Below are positions 22,718 through 33,783 of a stretch of DNA of 64,000 nt, in pieces (within the stretch, counting starts at the first letter, position 1; every line of letters begins with the position of its first letter). Both the position numbers and the translations under genes were made by a program. The notes below the pieces were generated by a model that was given only the letters and a program-made list of their open reading frames with translations, did not search any database and was not told the origin of the DNA. The stretch covers positions 1,736,001 through 1,800,000 of the forward strand of contig CATNEN010000041.1 in assembly GCA_950097015.1 (NCBI GenBank). Direction: 5' to 3'. Origin of the DNA: Macrostomum hystrix (lineage: Eukaryota; Animalia; Platyhelminthes).

Positions 22718-25700
22718 CTGCGGGTTCACCAGCGCAGGTTCCGGGGCCAGCGCTCGCAGTCGGCGGGGTCTTCAGTGGATGCAGCGTTACGCCCGACCGA
22801 CTTTCGCAGTTTGAGTGCAAGCTTGATGGTAAAAGTGTAAAGGCGCTTTTAGACACCGGCAGCCAGTGCTCACTGGTCGACTCCAGCATTCTGACGAAAT
22901 CGCAGCTCAGCCGCGCAACTTCAGCCGGAGTGCAGCTGCACTCGGTGAACAAGCAGCCAATCAGCATCGAGTGGCAGATCGAGTTGCCGCTCACAGTCGG
23001 GAAAGTGACAGCGCTGCATTTGTTCTACGTGGTGTCCGATTTGGTTTGTCCTGTCATCGTCGGGATCGACTTCATCGGCAAGCACCGTTTGCAGCTGGAC
23101 TTCAAGGCCAACCCTGCAGCTGCTGATCGTATCTGCAGTGCAAGGTTCCAGAGTGAGACGGACGACCAATTTGACATCGAGGATGCTCTCGTGCCCGAGT
23201 TCAGCTGCGTGGATTTTGAGCTGCCAACCACCGATGACCCCGAAGTTCAGCGACTGCTGATTGAGTTCAAGGACGTGTTCAAGAAGAAGCCGGGACTTAC
23301 GCATCTCCAGCAGCATCGAATTGTTCTCGCTGATGAGGTGCCAGTTCGTGTCCCACCGCGCCGAATGCCCGTGCACTACCGGGAGAAGGCGGAGCTGCTG
23401 ATTCAGGAGCTGCTGGAGAACGACGTGATCGAACTGAGCGAGAGTTCGTACGTGGCTCCACCGGTGTACGTGACCAAGAAGGACGGCAGTCTGCGGCTGA
23501 CCATCGACTACAGAGAGCTCAACAAGAAGACGATTCGGTCGGCGCAAGGAATTCCGCTAATGGAGGAGGCACGAGATCGAATCGCGGGCAGCACGGTGTT
23601 CTCAGTGTTGGATCTCAATGGAGGTTACTTCCAGATCCCACTGGCTGAAGAAGACAGACAGAAGACGGCCTTTAGCCCTGGACCAGGGATGCCGCTATAC
23701 CAATTTAAGAGAATGCCTCAAGGCCTGTCAGGTGGCCCCAGCACGTTCTGCATGCTTATGTCCAAAGTTTTCAATGGCTGTGACTTCGTCTTCACGTTTT
23801 TCGATGACAGCCTGTGCTTCTCAAAGACCAGGAAGGAGCATCTGCTGCAACTGCGAGAGGCACTTCAGCGTGTCCGAGCAGCCGGACTGACACTGAGAGG
23901 CTCCAAGTGCAAGATCGCGGTGCCTGAAGTGACTTTCCTCGGCATGCGCTATTCAAAGGAGGGAGCTCAGCCAAGCAAAAAGAAGCTGGAGGCGATTCAG
24001 CAGTGGAAGGAGCCGAGGTCAGTCAAGGAGATCCGCCAGTTTATCGGCCTGTGCAACCAGTACCGCCGCCATGTCGCCAACTTCGCTGCCATCGCTGCAC
24101 CACTTCACCACCTGACTGGCAAGGGCGTGGCGTTTGAGTGGACTGCAGAGTGCCAAGCTGCCTTCGACGAGCTCAAGATCTGCCTGATGAGTCCTCCGAT
24201 CCTGGTGAACCCGGACTTTTCCAAGGAGTTCGCTGTCTTCACGGATGCCAGCGGCAGTGGGGTCGGTGCAATCCTGAAGCAAGGCGATGCAGTGATCGAG
24301 TTTTCGAGCAGGGCGTTCAACTCGGCGGAGAAAAAGTACTCGGCAACAGAGAAGGAGTGTCTGGCCATCCTGCACGCTTTCAAAGTCTTCCGGCATTTCT
24401 TGCTTGGCAAGCATTTCACGGTGCACACGGATCACTGCCCGCTCACCTACATCGATTCCCAGAGAATCGATAGCTATGGTAGGCTGGGTCGCTGGCGGCT
24501 GCTGCTCCAAGAGTTCGACTTCACCGTCAAGTACCGCAGAGGTGTGGAGAATTCTGATGCCGACGCGCTGTCCAGGCTGCACGCCCCGGAAATTGCAGCG
24601 AATCAACTGACAGCAGAAATCGGCTCGGAAGAGCTCAAAACTGCTCAGCGGCAAGATCCAGAGCTTAGTCAGGTGATTCAAGCGATCGTCAACGAGCCAG
24701 ACGTGCCTCCAAGATGGCGGTCAGGACCGCTGCAGCAGCTGAGCAGAATCTGGAGGAAGCTGAAGCTGAATGATGACGGAGTTCTCTCCCGCAAGTTCAA
24801 CGACCTGGACGGACTGAGGGAAGTTCCAGTGGTGCCGGCATTTCTACGACACCAGTTCCTAGCAGACGCTCACGAAGGTCTGGGAGGCCACTTCGGTGCC
24901 GAGAAATGCTACCGCACGCTCAAGCTGACTGCCTACTGGCCGGGCATGGCTGAGGATGTCCTGCAGCACTGCCAGAGCTGCGCCGTCTGCCAGGAGAAGA
25001 AGGCAGGCTCGCAGCCCAAGGCGCCACTCGGAGAGCTGCCTATCGGATCGCCATGGGACTCGGTGGCCATCGACATCGTCAAGGTGGCACCATCATCACG
25101 CGGCAACCATTACCTGCTGGTAGCTCAGGACCAATTTTCCAAGTACCTGACGGCTGTGGCGTTACCAGACCAGACGGCCCAGACTACGGCTCGCGCCTTC
25201 CTTTCAATCTGCTCCCAGGCTGGACTGCCTCGAGTCATCCACTCGGACCAAGGCCCGAATTTCGAGAGCCAGCTCTTTCAAGACACTCTGTGCGGTCTGG
25301 GAGTCACCAAGACAAGAACCACAGCGTACAATCCGAAAGGAAACGGACTTGCCGAGTCGGGAAACAAGTCCGTGCTGCAACTACTCAGGTGCTTCACCGA
25401 GCGAGAGAGCGAGTGGGAGGACAAGCTGCCGCTGATCCTGCTGTCCTACAACTCGCGAGTGCACTGCTCAACGCGACTGCCACCGCTGAAGGTCTTCACC
25501 GGGCGTGACCCTTGTCTGCCAGTCCTCAGCCAGCAGCCCAGGCGGTTCTACGACGTGCGGACCTACGCAGACAAGCTGGAGGCCGACCTGCTGCGCATTC
25601 GAGAGTTTGTCGAGGAGCACCTGGTGCAGGCGGCTGGCGAGCAGCAGAGCGACTACAACAGGTCAGCCGGGCAGCTGCGCAGATTCGGCCAGGGCGACGA

Positions 25701-25995
25701 GGTGCTGCTGCGCATCGAGCTGAGGGGCTCCAAGCTGGCGCCGTACTGGGACCCCGGCTGGCGGGTGCTGTCCCAGCGCAATCTGGTGGTCGAGATCGGC
25801 AAGAATGGCAAGAAGCGCAGAGTGAACGTAAACCGCCTTCGGCCGCTGTTCCTGCCGGCACCCGACGTCGAGCGTTTCGAGCAGCCGCCCTTCGCGCACG
25901 AGCTGCACGGCGGCGGAGACGCTGCGGACGAGCTGCCCCAGAGGCGCTACCCGGTGCGGAGGCGGATGCCGGTTGATCGATATGTGCCGGGTTGA
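22666..25995 (+). CDS. pol: Gypsy Pol (PR-RT-RH-IN) in the -1 frame relative to gag
   Basis: The frame is open from the GGGAAAC slip site through LLDTGS (protease), FFDD (RT), TDAS...TDH (RNase H) and the HHCC plus DDE integrase (IHSDQGPNF), to TGA at 25995. Confidence 0.93.
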   Translation, partial: GKRQRLGWAGPPPRPAVTAGSPAQVPGPALAVGGVFSGCSVTPDRLSQFECKLDGKSVKALLDTGSQCSLVDSSILTKSQLSRATSAGVQLHSVNKQPISIEWQIELPLTVGKVTALHLFYVVSDLVCPVIVGIDFIGKHRLQLDFKANPAAADRICSARFQSETDDQFDIEDALVPEFSCVDFELPTTDDPEVQRLLIEFKDVFKKKPGLTHLQQHRIVLADEVPVRVPPRRMPVHYREKAELLIQELLENDVIELSESSYVAPPVYVTKKDGSLRLTIDYRELNKKTIRSAQGIPLMEEARDRIAGSTVFSVLDLNGGYFQIPLAEEDRQKTAFSPGPGMPLYQFKRMPQGLSGGPSTFCMLMSKVFNGCDFVFTFFDDSLCFSKTRKEHLLQLREALQRVRAAGLTLRGSKCKIAVPEVTFLGMRYSKEGAQPSKKKLEAIQQWKEPRSVKEIRQFIGLCNQYRRHVANFAAIAAPLHHLTGKGVAFEWTAECQAAFDELKICLMSPPILVNPDFSKEFAVFTDASGSGVGAILKQGDAVIEFSSRAFNSAEKKYSATEKECLAILHAFKVFRHFLLGKHFTVHTDHCPLTYIDSQRIDSYGRLGRWRLLLQEFDFTVKYRRGVENSDADALSRLHAPEIAANQLTAEIGSEELKTAQRQDPELSQVIQAIVNEPDVPPRWRSGPLQQLSRIWRKLKLNDDGVLSRKFNDLDGLREVPVVPAFLRHQFLADAHEGLGGHFGAEKCYRTLKLTAYWPGMAEDVLQHCQSCAVCQEKKAGSQPKAPLGELPIGSPWDSVAIDIVKVAPSSRGNHYLLVAQDQFSKYLTAVALPDQTAQTTARAFLSICSQAGLPRVIHSDQGPNFESQLFQDTLCGLGVTKTRTTAYNPKGNGLAESGNKSVLQLLRCFTERESEWEDKLPLILLSYNSRVHCSTRLPPLKVFTGRDPCLPVLSQQPRRFYDVRTYADKLEADLLRIREFVEEHLVQAAGEQQSDYNRSAGQLRRFGQGDEVLLRIELRGSKLAPYWDPGWRVLSQRNLVVEIGKNGKKRRVNVNRLRPLFLPAPDVERFEQPPFAHELHGGGDAADELPQRRYPVRRRMPVDRYVPG

Positions 25996-28083
25996 ACTTT
26001 TGATTGAATGGCTGCGCTGAACTCATTCATGGACTGTCTTAATATTGCTTAAGTTGCACCAATCACTTGCTGCGTTTTTATTCTTTTTGAATTTATTTAT
26101 TTCCTTCGAGTCTTCTCTTTTCTTTGCGTGGGAGGATTGTAGTGTGTGGCAATGCATCGTACATATGCGTTCACTTCTTTGGGTGTCTAATGTACATCAA
26201 CCGCGTGCATGCCTTTCTCTCTCACTTTTACACCTTGGCACTGATTGCTATTTAACTCGTGAGTCGATAAATAAATCGCTGTAAATCTTCGTCAACTCTA
26301 AGTCGCAGTCTCTCTGCCTTAGTCCACAAACTGACTTCAGGCTGTCTGAAGTAGGGGAACCTCAGAATCCTCAACTGACTTCAGGCTGTCTGAAGTAGGG
26401 GAACCTCAGAATCCTCAACTGACTTCAGGCTGTCTGAAGTAGGGGAACCTCAGAATCCTCAACTGACTTCAGGCTGTCTGAAGTAGGGGAACCTCAGAAT
26501 CCTCAACTGACTTCAGGCTGTCTGAAATAGGGGAACCTCAGCATCCTCAACTGACTTCAGGCTGTCTGAAGTAGGGGAACCTCAGCATCCTCAACTGACT
26601 TCAGGCTGTCTGAAGTAGGGGAACCTCAGCATCCTCAACTGACTTCAGGCTGTCTGAAGTAGGGGAACCTCAGAATCCTCAACTGACTTCAGGCTGTCTG
26701 AAATAGGGGAACCTCAGCATCCTCAACTGACTTCAGGCTGTCTGAAGTAGGGGAACCTCAGAATCCTCAACTGACTTCAGGCTGTCTGAAATAGGGGAAC
26801 CTCAGAATCCTCAACTGACTTCAGGCTGTCTGAAGTAGGGGAACCTCAGAATCCTCAACTGACTTCAGGCTGTCTGAAATAGGGGAACCTCAGCATCCTC
26901 AACTGACTTCAGGCTGTCTGAAGTAGGGGAACCTCAGCATCATCAACTGACTTCAGGCTGTCTGAAGTAGGGGAACCTCAGCATCCTCAACTGACTTCAG
27001 GCTGTCTGAAGTAGGGGAACTTTAGGCTCTCTGACTTAGGCTGACTTCAGCGCCCATGGCTGAGCTGCCTGGCAGCTGAACCGAATGTCAAGTACTTGCA
27101 TCAGAGTATTTTTCAGGTCGGTGTCCTCGCTGCGGTTTCGTTATCAGAGGTACTCGCGGTACTTTTTACCCAGCTACAGTTAAGAAGATAAGAAGATACC
27201 AATATAATATTGACATCGAATAGAATTGAATTCAATTAAAAATGTTATCAATCGATTTTAAACAAGCTGTCCTCAGCAACAGCCGCCGCTGCAGTGTCTG
27301 CCGGTCCAGCTGTCACCGGTTCGCGCTTCCGAGTTTCTGGTTTTCTGGACTGCGCGATTCACATATTTCCAGCTGACTCAGTGACAGATCTAATTTTAAA
27401 CCTGTCGCATCAGCGCCGGCTGCCATGCAGAGCAGGGCTCGGTGCGCTCAGCTGCCCTGATAAGGCAGCCGCGGACCTTTGCAGCACTCTGTTAGGCGCT
27501 ACTCGCGCATGTGACCGATTGATCAGTGAACTTTGGCTCTGAGCAGTGCTGATCGGGCCAGGGCGGTCCAGCGCATTGCCGCGCTGCTTATCTACCACTG
27601 CGCAGAGGGTAGCGGGTACAAATACGCCTCCCCACTCCGCCCCATGTCCGACTGTATTTCAGTGAGGTTCTTAGGCGAACTCTTACGGGTCTAAACTGAC
27701 AGGCAGGCAGTCTCTCGCCCCTCTGCTAAGCTTCTTTGGAGCGACGCACCGAACGGTGAGACCTTTTTGCTGACTAGAAATTGCTCATCCTAAATGGATT
27801 CTCAATTAGTAAGCTCTCGAGAATCTTCGTATAACACGAAAGGTCGTTTGCTGTGAAAATAAAATTTTACTTTCAATCTGCTTAAAAATACCGATTGATT
27901 CTTCAATCAATGCAGCAGCCAATAAGGCTGCAGACTATCGCGTTTTAGCCAATTTGCGGGTGTGGGCTGTCAATTCATGGTGGTTGCTGTTCTATGTTCT
28001 ATAAATAGCATCGATGCCCAAGCAGATGCATCGACCCTAGACTACGAGACAAAGCTCAGCGAATTTTCATTCGCGCCTTGTAT

Positions 28084-28127
28084 CACAGATTCTATATTAC
28101 CTTATCACAGGTAATATAGAATCTGTG
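28084..28127. mobile_element. 44-bp perfect hairpin flanked by an 8-bp direct repeat (miniature MITE)
   Basis: CACAGATTCTATATTACCT-tatcac-AGGTAATATAGAATCTGTG; CCTTGTAT at 28076-28083 and 28128-28135. Confidence 0.7.
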
Positions 28128-28208
28128 CCTTGTATGGCTTCGTGTTCTCTAATCCGAAGCTGCAGCTAAACCCGCAGCCAACCCGTCCCTCTCCCCACCG
28201 CAGGAAAC

Positions 28209-29036
28209 ATGTCCAAACCTGCCGCTGAGATCGGCATCGCCGAGACCTACCAGCGGTTCCGTCAATGGCTGGATGACGTGGCTGACCCGCGCACCAAGGA
28301 CTGGCTTCTGTGCGGCGGCCCGGAGACTATCCTGGTGATCTGGGTCATCTACATCATCGGCGTCATTGCCGGGCCCAGGATCATGCGCGACCGGCCTGCC
28401 ATGAGCCTCCGCGGCCTGGCCCTGGTCTACAACTTCCTGCTGGTCATCCTGTCTGTCTACATGGCCCACGAGTTCCTGTGGTCCGCCTACTACGCCGGCT
28501 ACAACCTGGTCTGCGACCCCGTCGACTACTCGAATTCGCCGGTGGCGATGCGCATGGCCTCCGTGTGCTGGTGGTTCTACGTCTCCAAGATCATCGAGCT
28601 GATGGACACTGTTCTGATCATTCTGCGAAAGAAGAACGAGCAGCTGAGCTTCCTGCACGTGTACCACCACGCCACCATGATCCTGCTGTGGTGGAGCGGG
28701 GCCAGATATGTCCCCGGCGGCCATTCGTTCTTCTGCGCCCTACTGAACAGCAGCGTCCACGTGTTCATGTACCTGTACTATTTCCTGGCGCTGCTGGGCC
28801 CACATATGCGGAAGTACCTGTGGTGGAAGCGCTACCTCACCCAGATGCAGCTGCTGCAGTTCGTACTGTTCAGCATCCACTCCTTTGTGAACGTCCTGCA
28901 GACCGACTGCGGCTTCCCTCGCGGCTACAGCTTCTCGGTGGTCATCTACGGCATCTCCCTCATGCTGCTGTTCGGCAATTTCTACCGCAATGCCTACAGG
29001 AGGACCGGCGGCGCCCGCCAGGGCAAGGACGATTAA
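28209..29036 (+). CDS. Very-long-chain fatty acid elongase (ELOVL family), intronless CDS, 275 aa
   Basis: DPRTKDW, SKIIELMDT, LRKKNEQLSFLHVYHH (histidine box), NSSVHVFMYLYY, KYLWWKRYLTQMQLLQF. Confidence 0.95.
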   Translation: MSKPAAEIGIAETYQRFRQWLDDVADPRTKDWLLCGGPETILVIWVIYIIGVIAGPRIMRDRPAMSLRGLALVYNFLLVILSVYMAHEFLWSAYYAGYNLVCDPVDYSNSPVAMRMASVCWWFYVSKIIELMDTVLIILRKKNEQLSFLHVYHHATMILLWWSGARYVPGGHSFFCALLNSSVHVFMYLYYFLALLGPHMRKYLWWKRYLTQMQLLQFVLFSIHSFVNVLQTDCGFPRGYSFSVVIYGISLMLLFGNFYRNAYRRTGGARQGKDD

Positions 29037-30009
29037 GGCCTCAGTGAAATTAAAAACTAAAGTGTTAAAGTTACTGCCTCCACACTACAGCCATGCTCGT
29101 ACACTACAGCCATGCTCGTACACTACAGCCATGAATGTAGCGTCCCACAATTTCTGCTATTCTCAACGTTTTGCAACCTGGCTTCGAAGAAAGTAAAATT
29201 CATCTTGCTTCTGATCGGATTTCTTGAATAGTGGGTCTAAAATATATGCATTCCAGCCTTTTTCCATATCGATTTTTTAGTAGCATTGTGTAGCCCATGC
29301 ATGAATTTTTTCTAAATACCATTACCAATACCATTAGCGTTATTATTAAATACCGTAGCGTTTGTGAGTTTTTGTACTGCACGCGGCGCGTACGTACGCC
29401 AGTGTACTTGCTACTTGCATATACGACTGACAAAAAATAGTATTTTTGGCGCGTTGCCTTGTTTTCTGTGCATGAATCTGCATGGTTGCAATATTAGATC
29501 GAAATTAAATCAATTTGCATTAAGTTATCAGTACATGTTAACATCAGTTCGATGAAATCAGATAGAATCTATTTTTAGTTATTAGGGGCTTTTAAAACAA
29601 AAATTAAAGGACTTCAATTGGGAGACAAGCTGTTGTTAGAGAAACGAGAGATCATGAGACTTGCTTCCCTTAACTACTCAATATTCGACATTTTATGTAC
29701 GAGTATAAATCATACTATGTGTAAGGAAAGACTGTACGCTGCCTCTTTCTATGGGCAAGCCCAAAATGCTTCGCAATTTAACGAAAATATCAATTGATGC
29801 GAGGTTCACAACTGTACATATTCAATTAATATACTCGTACATGTGGATGTAAACAAAACAATTCACATATAAGTGACAAATTGAATGGTGGCATTGAAAC
29901 CGCACATCTCCACATCCTATCTGGCATTTGCTTATAAGGCTCTTCATTTTCTGACGTGCAGCTAATTGTAAAATTTGCTTGAATTACTGATATATACTCA
30001 CCTGTACCG

Positions 30010-30650
30010 CTTGACTTACTTCTTGACTTAGCGGCAGGGGGCCTCCATGACGGACGCAGCGAGGAGGCGGCTGATGCCGCCCATATCGCTAACCCCTGGC
30101 AGCCAGACAGCCTCCAGCGAGGCGGTGCCGCTCAGGGTGGTCCGTCGGTCGATTCCGCCGCGCGATCTTCCTCGCCATAGGCTGGGAAGAAATCAGCTCG
30201 GCCGGTATCCCGGAGGAAGTGGGCGAGCTGTGGGATGTTCTCGGGCGAGCAGGCTTCGGCGAGAGTCGGTGCCGGCCCGAGATGTTTTAGCCTAGCCCGG
30301 GTGAAGGCCGGGCAGTGGCAGATGAAATGCTCTGCATTTTCGCGTCCGGAGCAGCAGAAGGGACACGTTTCCTCAGGCACGTGGCCTTGAAGGTAGCGGT
30401 GTCTGGTGAAGCAGCCATGTCCCGAAAGAGCCATAGTGACTGCTCTTAGGTCTCTGCGGTTAAGCCTGAGTAAGGCCTTACGCAGGTTACTAGAGGGGGT
30501 TGGCACCGCAGCCCTGGACTGGCGACAGTTCAGGGTGCTGGACCACCTCCTCCGGTGCTGGGTCTCCATCCAGCAGTTGATGCTGGAGTTGACAACTGAG
30601 ATGGGGATCGGGGACTCCGGGCCCGGGCCCATCAGCCTGTACCGCTTACA
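30010..30650 (-). mobile_element. 5'-truncated non-LTR retrotransposon 3' end (I/R1-group-like C-terminal CCHC)
   Basis: ORF 30132-30632 has [14 protein letters not shown]...CPFC...[13 protein letters not shown]; an AAGT-like tail lies near 30010-30030. Clade assignment is tentative. Confidence 0.75.
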
Positions 30651-33600
30651 CCTTTAACCATTTCAGAGCAGCCTTCTTGTTGCTGGGTGCTGCATTTGCC
30701 ACTGATCTGCAATGCACTTCCGATATTCATTATTGTACATACTTGATTTTGATACAAGAATTATTCGAGCGTAGCAGTATCAGTTTTTATCACATGTATT
30801 TTGTGTATATCAAAATAAAAGTATACCTGCTGCATCGGGCGCACTGGCAGTTTGTGCGCATCGCTTAGTTGGAGGCCTGAAGTTGCAATTTGCTTGAAAG
30901 CTTTTTTCCACGCGAAGCAGCCATTATGTCTTAATATTCATGCAGTCATTGATAATTATATAGAACCAGATCAGTTTCAGAATAGCAATAAAAGTTACCC
31001 CAGACTACCTCAGACCAGTGAAAGTGAAGTCCATGGGCGTTGCTTTGTTGCCCATGGCGTTGCGATTCGCTTGAATCACTTAGCTACCGAAAAGCAGCCG
31101 GTTTAGCTTGTCTTTGGAGGAGTAGATAATTATAACCTTGGTATAGACAAAGGCATGCTATAGAGAGCAGTTTCAAATACAAAAGACTAAAAATATACTC
31201 CAGATTACCCCAGGGATATCGCTGGGTGAAATGGGCCACAGAGAGAGAGGGAGAATGAGGGGGAGACGGAGAGAAAAAGAGGGAGACAGACAGAGGGATG
31301 GGAAGGAAGGAGAGAGCTGCATCATGCAAAAAGGGAAGGGGCGAAGAGAGCTGGATGGAAGGGAAGGAAAGAAGGAGACAGACGGAGAGAAAGACAGGGA
31401 GGGCCGGAGACAGGAGGAGACAGCTAGCAAGTAGAGGCAGAGAGAGGTTGATGCAGAAAGGGAACGAATAGTGGGAGTAAATATTTGTTTTCAATCGATT
31501 TGCAATACGAATGATCGAGAAGCAGACTAGAATACTATACAAGCTGACTGACTAAGAGAATGCATCAATACATAGAGAGAAAGAAGAGAAGAAAGAAGAA
31601 AGAAGGTGCGTCACTTCCTTAGAATACTATCAGTTATTCCCCCTGACCCCCACCCCAGCAGCAGGCGAATGATCACCTTAATATGCAAGCTCTTATAAGA
31701 GCTCTGTTTGTTCTCGTCGCTCAAAACTCTTTCATATTATTTGAACATACACAACTAACTCTGTGCTAACTTTGTTCCTATACTGACTGAAGCCAGTGAT
31801 GCCTTTAGTAAAACATCGTCATTTTGTTTAAAATAGCACATTTTTTGGCATGAAGCATATCGTAAAATAATAGTCAGGCCTGTTAACTAGGCCTATTCAT
31901 TGTTCTGCTATCCTTTGGAACGCAATAGTAAAGGTGTGGGGGTAAAAGGGGGTAATGTGGTGACCTCCTCTTATCTGTGGAGCCAGTCAGAACTGTGGCG
32001 GTCTTGGTCATGCGCCGTCGCATCTATACAACCAGAGCATTCCGACGATCGCAAGTTATTTCATAATTTGTTATACCTACACCGCTTTGTACTCGACAAA
32101 AGCATCAAGATAAAAATTAGCCATCAGAAGAGACATGTTATTAAGCTGTTCATACAACATGCTAGCAGTTTAAAAGCCGTTCTACCATTCATGGATATGA
32201 AGCCTTTCAAATTTCAGTTATTTTATTTACCTAGCTGCTAGAATTTATATTTAACCATCTAGAGTTTATTTTGGGAATTGAAACTAATTTTTTAGTACTC
32301 AATACACTATGTACACTGTCGGATCACCCTGTTAAAAGGGTTTGTTTTTCACTATTTACAAGCTTGAACTCACTTTGCATTACAGTGGAGTCACCTGCAT
32401 TGTGCAGATACAGCCTCATGCTGCTATTCTGCTATTGTTTTTCTTAAACTCTGATCAGAGAATTTGTGCTTCTTACTTACCTTGTCCTTACAAAGGTAAA
32501 TCCCAAACTTACTCTTGTCCTGACCAAACTTGTAGAGATTAGGGATAGGGCTAATTGAAGGCATTTCAATTTAGAGATGCATAAAAATTCAATTTCAATT
32601 AAGATTTTCATAATTTTAATGTCAAATAGTAATAAAAATATTTTTATTTCAATTTTTCAATTTCAAAACAAATTTATCAAAACAAATTCTCAAAAAGCTC
32701 TGGTAAAAATTAAAACAAAACAAGTTAGATTCCTTCTAATACAATACTGAGGGAAAAAATCAAGACCACGAACTAGGATTTAGCTGAATAATTAGCATAT
32801 GGCTCTCCTATTGCTTCCATGGTAAAATTACTGTCAGAATAGCCACCGGTCAAAATGATGAATAGAAAGAATGCTATAGACAACAGTCTTTGAAATTAAC
32901 TATTAGAATTAAAGTTCTAATCCTAATTCTGCTATGCTTAACAGTAGGACTACCAAGCCATTTTGCTGCCCATTTTTATACCAAAGGGGGGGGGAATTCC
33001 CCCCCCAGACAATTTTTTCGGCAGCGCCTGAATGCTAACAGTGTTGGGTGGTGACTGATTGGTTGACAGACTAGACGATGGTGTACTATAGTTGAGCTGT
33101 GCCTAATATTTAGGCTTGATCAGTGAAATTAGATAAATTCGCCTCAGGGTTTCCATAGAGGCCTAGTTCCACCTGTTGTAGCACTTGAAGGTCCAGCAGT
33201 CTGTCTAGATAAAAGTAGGTGACCACTGAAGACGGAGATGATGCAGGCAAATTCAGGTGACATGCTGATAATGTTTGAAGGCCTGGCAAGGTGGCACTGA
33301 GGCGCAGTGCAAATTCGTGTATAGGGGTGTATGAAATACACTAGCTCTTATGGGAAAAATTGGACCTTTGGCCAGAAACATTGAATATCTCGATGGTCTG
33401 AAGAGCTGGCGACTTTTTTCTTGTTTCAGAAGATGCGCAACAAAAAGTTGGCCCATGTTCTTGAGTTTTGTGTGTTTGCATTGTTCCATTCGGGTGCAGC
33501 AAAAAAATTGTCAGGGGGATTCCCCCCTTGGTAGTTCTACTGTTAATAATATCTTGAAATATCTTGACATGTCCAAAATATTGTTAGCTAGGTTACAATT

Positions 33601-33783
33601 TTTAATAATAAGCATGTTGACCTTTATGACCTTTAGACTACTAGGAAGGATGTTATTAAACAAAAGGCTCAATACTCAAATCCAAACTGAAGGAATTTTA
33701 ACCTTGTACTCATAGCTATTGTGATGATAACTCCAACCAAACCCCTGGCTTGCAGCTGTATTCACACTCTGTCCTGCCTAGCC

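Larger units (their letters stand above)
21700..26328 (+). mobile_element. Intact Ty3/gypsy LTR retrotransposon
   Basis: LTRs 21700-21890 and 26138-26328 (191 bp, TG...CA, one T/A mismatch seen). TSD AACT at 21696-21699 and 26329-26332. PBS TGGTAGCAGAGCGTGGTTT at 21893-21911 (initiator tRNA-Met type). Short purine tract gggagga before the 3' LTR. Confidence 0.97.
20437..27020. repeat. 44-bp tandem array, split by the gypsy insertion into 20437-21699 and 26329-27020
   Basis: Unit aagtaggggaacctcagcatcctcaactgacttcaggctgtctg; the register resumes across the insertion. Confidence 0.95.

Noticed and set aside
22359-26026. Antisense and alternative-frame ORFs over gag/pol (and over GC-rich host exons)
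   Set aside because: These are expected shadows of GC3-rich coding sequence.
32987-33007. G9-AATT-C8 palindrome as a transposon end
   Set aside because: Only a weaker similar motif exists near 33514, and no TSD or element body could be defined.
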